DNA of 63,646 nt, filler included, from Reticulomyxa filosa (lineage: Eukaryota; Protista; Foraminifera): NCBI GenBank assembly GCA_000512085.1. It is 18 parts of 18 records of this genome, joined end to end, with 100 filler letters (N's around TTAATTAATTAA, not from the genome) between each part and the next. Parts side by side here need not be neighbours in the genome. Positions count along the whole stretch, not along the records: positions 62,501 to 63,646 come from ASPP01017029.1; 17 more parts are not named here. One strand, written 5' to 3'. The notes beneath the pieces were generated by a model. It made no database searches, was not told the origin of the DNA, and worked only from the letters and a program-made list of their open reading frames with translations. Position 1 is the first letter of the stretch; every line of letters starts with the position of its first letter. Shown here one piece after another: positions 63,621 through 63,646 of the stretch. A program made the translations under genes and the position numbers.

Positions 63621-63646
63621 TTTTTTTTTTTTTTTTTTTTTTTCCC

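Overview
This window is not one continuous locus. It is 18 unrelated short contigs joined by 17 artificial 100-nt spacers (N44-TTAATTAATTAA-N44), so gene neighbourhood is meaningful only within a contig. Seventeen contigs are AT-rich, intron-containing eukaryotic DNA. The expanded WD40, RING/TRAF-WD40 and NACHT families suggest a rhizarian/foraminiferan such as Reticulomyxa (inference). Recognisable genes are RNF213-like (RZ finger), a PARL-like rhomboid with MORN-like repeats, an RNI-like LRR protein, an EEP/sphingomyelinase-like protein, DUF1349, a NACHT protein, an OAS-fold protein with degenerate catalytic residues, coiled-coil-Yippee, CHMP2/VPS2, a probable CBM48-2OG oxygenase-F-box fusion, UBA-MIB/HERC2, an EF-hand protein, AAGAB and an annexin-like protein. 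There are also decayed non-LTR retrotransposon and GTPase remnants. One contig (39651-41243) is GC-rich bacterial DNA carrying an integrase N-terminus, a tRNA-Gly(CCC) 3' att fragment with paired arm-like repeats on both sides, and a CapW-type WYL regulator. The best leads are the OAS-like/Yippee pair, the CBM48-2OG-F-box fusion, the attP-like junction and the RNF213 RZ-finger ligase. All calls come from reading motifs by eye; no database searches were run.
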